This document shows, one piece after another, positions 61,800-64,000 of a stretch of 64,000 nucleotides of DNA. Below the pieces are notes generated by a model. The model was not told the DNA's origin. It searched no databases and worked only from the letters and a program-made list of their open reading frames with translations. The stretch is from Podarcis tiliguerta. Its lineage: Eukaryota. The position numbers and the translations under genes are program-made. The DNA is taken from assembly GCA_965153285.1 (NCBI GenBank), contig OZ229115.1; one strand, written 5' to 3'. Position 1 is the stretch's first letter; every line of letters starts with the position of its first letter.

Positions 61800-62172
61800 C
61801 TTGCAACTGCAACTTCCAGGGCACAGAGGAAATGGGCTGTGACAAGCTGACAGGCAGATGTCTTTGCCGTCCCGGCTTTACTGGAGACCGCTGTGACCAG
61901 TGCCAGCGGGGCTACTGTGGCAACTATGACCACTGTGAGGCATGCAACCCTTGCTTCCAGGCCTATGATGATGAGCTCCATAGGTTTGGCTTGCGCCAGG
62001 CCACCTTGAAAAATTCCACCCAGCGGCTTCAGGTGGGGACAATGAGCTCTGGCTTCAGCACCCACCTCTTAGAAGCAGAAGGCGAAGTGCAGCTCATCCA
62101 AGGGATCCTGGGAAACCCCCTCTTGACGGAGCAAGGGCTGGATCAGGTGGCCAATGCCATTGCTACGATCAG
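61800..62172 (+). CDS. LAMB3: LAMB3 coding exon 13 (LE6 and start of coiled coil)
   Basis: CNCNFQGTEEMGCDKLTGRCLCRPG...CEACNPCFQAYD...VANAIATI; AG/GT. Confidence 0.96.
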
Positions 62173-62608
62173 GTGAACAGGAATTGCATTCTACTTACTG
62201 GCAGCAAGCAAGCATTGTCCAAAGCATGCAGATAACAATCTCTGATGCTTTCAAGCAGTCTCTCTTCTACTTAATGGGTAGAGCATGAGATGCTTAATCT
62301 CAGGGTTGCAGTTTCAAGCCCCACCTTGGGCTAAAGATTTCATTGCCGGGGACCTAGAGAGGGGCCCTAGTTCCTTGCCAATCCTTCCTTGGGTGCCTCC
62401 AGACTGCCACTGTTTTGTGAGAGGGATTCAAGTGCATATTGTAAATGGAGGTTTGTGAAGTTGGATTAAAGTGCTCTGTTGCTCTAGCGAGACAAATCCA
62501 ACTCGAAAAAGAGTGGCTAGGAAAATGACAAGGAAATGTACTTAAAAATGTGGGTAAGACATATGAATGCCAGGCAACCAACCAGGATGAAGGCTCATTG
62601 TTACATTA

Positions 62609-62966
62609 AAAGGTAAAGGTACCCCTGCCCATACGGGCCAGTCTTGACAGACTCTAGGGTTGTGCGCCCACCTCACTTAAGAGGCCGAGGGCCAGCGCTG
62701 TCCGAAGACACTTCCGGGTCACGTGGCCAGCGTGACAAAGCTGCATCTGGCAAGCCAGCGCAGCACACGAAACACCGTTTACCTTCCCGCCAGTAAGCGG
62801 TCCCTATTTATCTACTTGCACCCGAGGGTGCTTTCGAACTGCTAGGTTGGCAGGTGCTGGGACCGAGCAACGGGAGCGCACCCTGCCGTGGGGATTCGAA
62901 CCGCTGACCTTTCGATCGGCAAGCCCTAGGCGTTGAGGCTTTTACCCATAGCGCCACCCGCGTCCC
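62609..62966 (-). mobile_element. Full-length Sauria SINE with 13-bp TSD
   Basis: TSD cattgttacatta at 62596-62608 and 62968-62980. Confidence 0.94.
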
Positions 62967-63634
62967 GCATTGTTACATTACTGCCCTGCAAACAAGATAG
63001 GAATGAATACTCAAGAAAGACCTCACATAGTCTAACCTCTGTGTAAACTTTGTGCAAACAAAGTGGAATGAATGTTCAATAAGCAGATCGTCTGCAGGAG
63101 CCCCTTGATTCACTGGCAGTCTATGAAGAAGTCAGTCTTTTAGTCTCTCATAGGGGCACAGAATACTAATGACATGCTTTCATTTGTTTCACAGTATAAA
63201 ATCTGTGAAACACTGTGCACATTCAAGGTGGTATCCAGCTGCCCATTCAGTGATTATATGTTTGAATCAATTGTTTTAATTACTTCATCCACTTCAGTCC
63301 TTGTCTGTTAATTATTATAAACTGCCCTGTGATCCTCAGATGGAGGGTTGTATAGAAAATTAGCAAACAAATAATAGTATTAAATTAAAATTCTGTTCTG
63401 TCCCTTACGTTACATTTGTTGTCCTACATTTGATACCAGTGGGTACTCGGCGGCTGATATATGAGTCAGAATCTTCAAGCTTTATTTCAAAGAAGTGCCA
63501 CTGATTTCATGGGCGTATGTTGGCATGAAGGTTTTAAGGGCAGTAATCACTGGATGAAAGAAAGAGAAAAATTACAAGATGTAGGCGGAAACCAAAACCA
63601 ACTATCCTGTTTTGTTTTGTTTTGTTAATTCCAG

Positions 63635-63795
63635 GCAGACCATTGAAGGTTTAAGACATGAAATACCTTTCAGGGATGAAGCATCCTCTTTATCCATAGA
63701 TATGGATAATCTTGATAGAAGCCTGATTCTGATCATCACTGAGTACCAAAACAAGAAGGCTCAGTTTGAAGCCAGCCGAAGCACAGATGTCTCAG
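63635..63795 (+). CDS. LAMB3: LAMB3 coding exon 14 (coiled coil); gene continues beyond the window
   Basis: (R)QTIEGLRHEIPFRDEASSLSIDMDNLDRSLILIITEYQNKKAQFEASRSTDVS; 161 nt, AG/GT. Confidence 0.93.
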
Positions 63796-64000
63796 GTATA
63801 ATACCTGTGTTTCAACCACTACATTCATCAGTTCATACATAAGCGGCTGTATCTCCTACTGTAAATACGGACAATTATCTGATTAATGGGCGGCTTTGCC
63901 ATATTGTGGATTTTGTGTCCTGCCTGAAAGAAATTGAAGAAGAGAGATCTTCAACTTAAGTCAGACTTTCGCAATCTTTCCCACTTCTTATTTTTCCTCT

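Noticed and set aside
54683-62172. Assignment to netrin-4, LAMB1, LAMB2 or LAMB4
   Set aside because: Six LE repeats lead directly into the coiled coil with no LF/IV domain, and G0S2 is adjacent; both indicate LAMB3.

Overview
Vertebrate genomic DNA from a squamate reptile, most likely a lacertid lizard (inferred from the Sauria SINEs, Squam3-like CORE-SINEs with (CTT)n tails and young CR1 LINEs). It holds two divergently transcribed genes in the same arrangement as in human. G0S2 is on the minus strand (non-coding exon 1, one intron, single-exon CDS 554-874, TATA/GC promoter). The 5' part of LAMB3 (laminin beta-3) is on the plus strand, with 14 coding exons from 31600 to 63795, all GT-AG and phase-consistent; the gene continues beyond the window. 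The rest is repeat-rich intergenic and intronic DNA: Sauria SINEs, other tRNA SINEs, CR1, L1 and L2 fragments, pogo/Tigger-like and hAT MITEs, and microsatellites. The most interesting signal is a family of three highly diverged ~0.8 kb non-coding elements (about 5830-6653 +, 25033-25822 +, 26772-27558 -). They have the layout of Pol II units (CCAAT/TATA...AATAAA) and keep a shared RNA secondary structure through compensatory substitutions: a U-rich internal-loop hairpin resembling an ENE (poly(A)-clamping triple-helix element), a CC-GUUAAA-GG hairpin, and long-range helices that fold the poly(A) signal back beside the ENE-like motif. Repeat family names come from recalled consensus features, not from database searches.
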